A DNA stretch of 56,801 nucleotides from an uncultured Fimbriimonadaceae bacterium (lineage in GTDB: Bacteria; Armatimonadota; UBA10988), in contig CAYONP010000031.1 in assembly GCA_964405335.1 (NCBI GenBank), positions 1 through 56,801 on the forward strand, read 5' to 3'. Positions 56,173 through 56,801 of the stretch are shown in pieces. The position numbers and the translations under genes were made by a program. Numbering within the stretch: the first letter of the stretch is position 1; the number at the start of each line of letters is the position of its first letter. The notes under the pieces were generated by a model. That model was not told the DNA's origin and made no database searches. It was given only the letters and a program-made list of their open reading frames with translations.

Positions 56173-56257
56173 TGCTCCGCCGGCACGAATCGGCCGCCGG
56201 CGGTCATTGTGTTGTATCGTGGCGGTCCAGCAACGCTTGCGAAGGGAGGGGAGCGCC

Positions 56258-56713
56258 ATGCCCGGAACCCGCGACGAGATCATCGCCGGCCTGCGCCGCG
56301 CCTACAACATGGAGCTCGAGACGGTGATCAACTACCTCGCCTGCTCGACTATGCTCGACGGCGTGCGCGCGGCGGAGATCAAGCAGTCGCTCGGCGCCGA
56401 CATCGCCGCCGAGCTGGGCCACGCCCAGCAGTTGGCCGACCGGATCAAGACCATCGACGGCGCCGTGCCCGGCTCGCTCGAGCTGACCTGGGACCAGCAC
56501 AGCCTCCAACCGCCGGCCGACACCACCGACGTGGTGGCCGTGATCCGTGGCGTGATCGAAGCCGAGGAAGGCGCGATCGCCCACTACCAGCACTTGATCC
56601 AGCTCTGCGACGGCGTCGACTACGTCACCCAGGACCTGGTGATCACCCTCCTCGGCGACGAAGAGGGCCACCGGCGCGAGTTCAGGGGCTTCCTCAAGGA
56701 GTACACGAAGTAG
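56258..56713 (+). CDS. Ferritin-like four-helix-bundle protein.
   Basis: 151 aa. It has paired E...ExxH-type motifs: ELETVINYL, AAELGHAQQLADRI, EAEEGAIAHYQHLI and GDEEGHRREFRGFL. The ATG at 56258 is preceded by GAAGGGAGGGG. The TAG stop is supplied by the downstream repeat. Confidence 0.6.
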   Translation: MPGTRDEIIAGLRRAYNMELETVINYLACSTMLDGVRAAEIKQSLGADIAAELGHAQQLADRIKTIDGAVPGSLELTWDQHSLQPPADTTDVVAVIRGVIEAEEGAIAHYQHLIQLCDGVDYVTQDLVITLLGDEEGHRREFRGFLKEYTK

Positions 56714-56801
56714 GGCGGGCTGTGCCCGCCAAGGTAGGGCCCGTTCGCCGAACGGGCCGTCATCGGCCGCCAGGTAGGGCCCGTTCGCCGAACGGGCCGT
56801 C
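56711..56801. repeat. A terminator-like hairpin (gggcgggc-tgt-gcccgcc) followed by at least two copies of the GTAGGGC-hairpin repeat (GTAGGGCCCGTTCGCCGAACGGGCCGTCatCGGCCGCCaG). The array runs off the window edge.
   Basis: It belongs to the same family as 22928-23132: a GTAGGGC anchor, a central TTCGCCGAA palindrome core and a GTCGGCCGCC tail. Confidence 0.6.

Overview
This is a ~70% GC bacterial chromosomal window with dense coding on both strands. The gene content points to Planctomycetota: a DUF1559 protein with a prepilin-type N-terminal methylation motif, TAT-signal Gfo/Idh/MocA oxidoreductases, sulfatases and a PduP/EutE-type aldehyde dehydrogenase. The largest block (5.6-22.9 kb) is NADH:quinone oxidoreductase genes. 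A minus-strand operon runs nuoA-C-D-H-I-J-K-L-M-N, with no nuoB/E/F/G in the window and a nuoI carrying a 3x repeated C-terminal extension. A second membrane-arm set, nuoJ2-K2-L2-M2-N2, is transcribed divergently from a shared 240-bp region that holds two near-consensus TTGACA-N17 promoters. Other content includes two tRNAs (Pro-CGG and Arg), a CoA-acylating aldehyde dehydrogenase with an N-terminal encapsulation-peptide-like helix overlapping aroB, and a CHAD protein next to a ROK glucokinase-Mth938 fusion. A Gfo/Idh/MocA-ApbE pair, a sulfatase/FG-GAP/CPCC-phosphodiesterase cluster, and a LacI regulator with an upstream ACACGTGT double palindrome follow. Further along are a flotillin-NfeD pair (NfeD with a (DHDV)n repeat), a transaldolase, three tandem PilT-family ATPases, alr, thiN, and a putative sugar-acid utilisation operon. 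A family of GTAGGGC-anchored GC-rich palindromic repeats occurs at three sites, including a 5x37-bp tandem array; two of these supply the TAG stop codon of the upstream gene. I found no CRISPR array, no mobile element and no recognisable defence system. Most long ORFs on the strand opposite real genes are high-GC artefacts.
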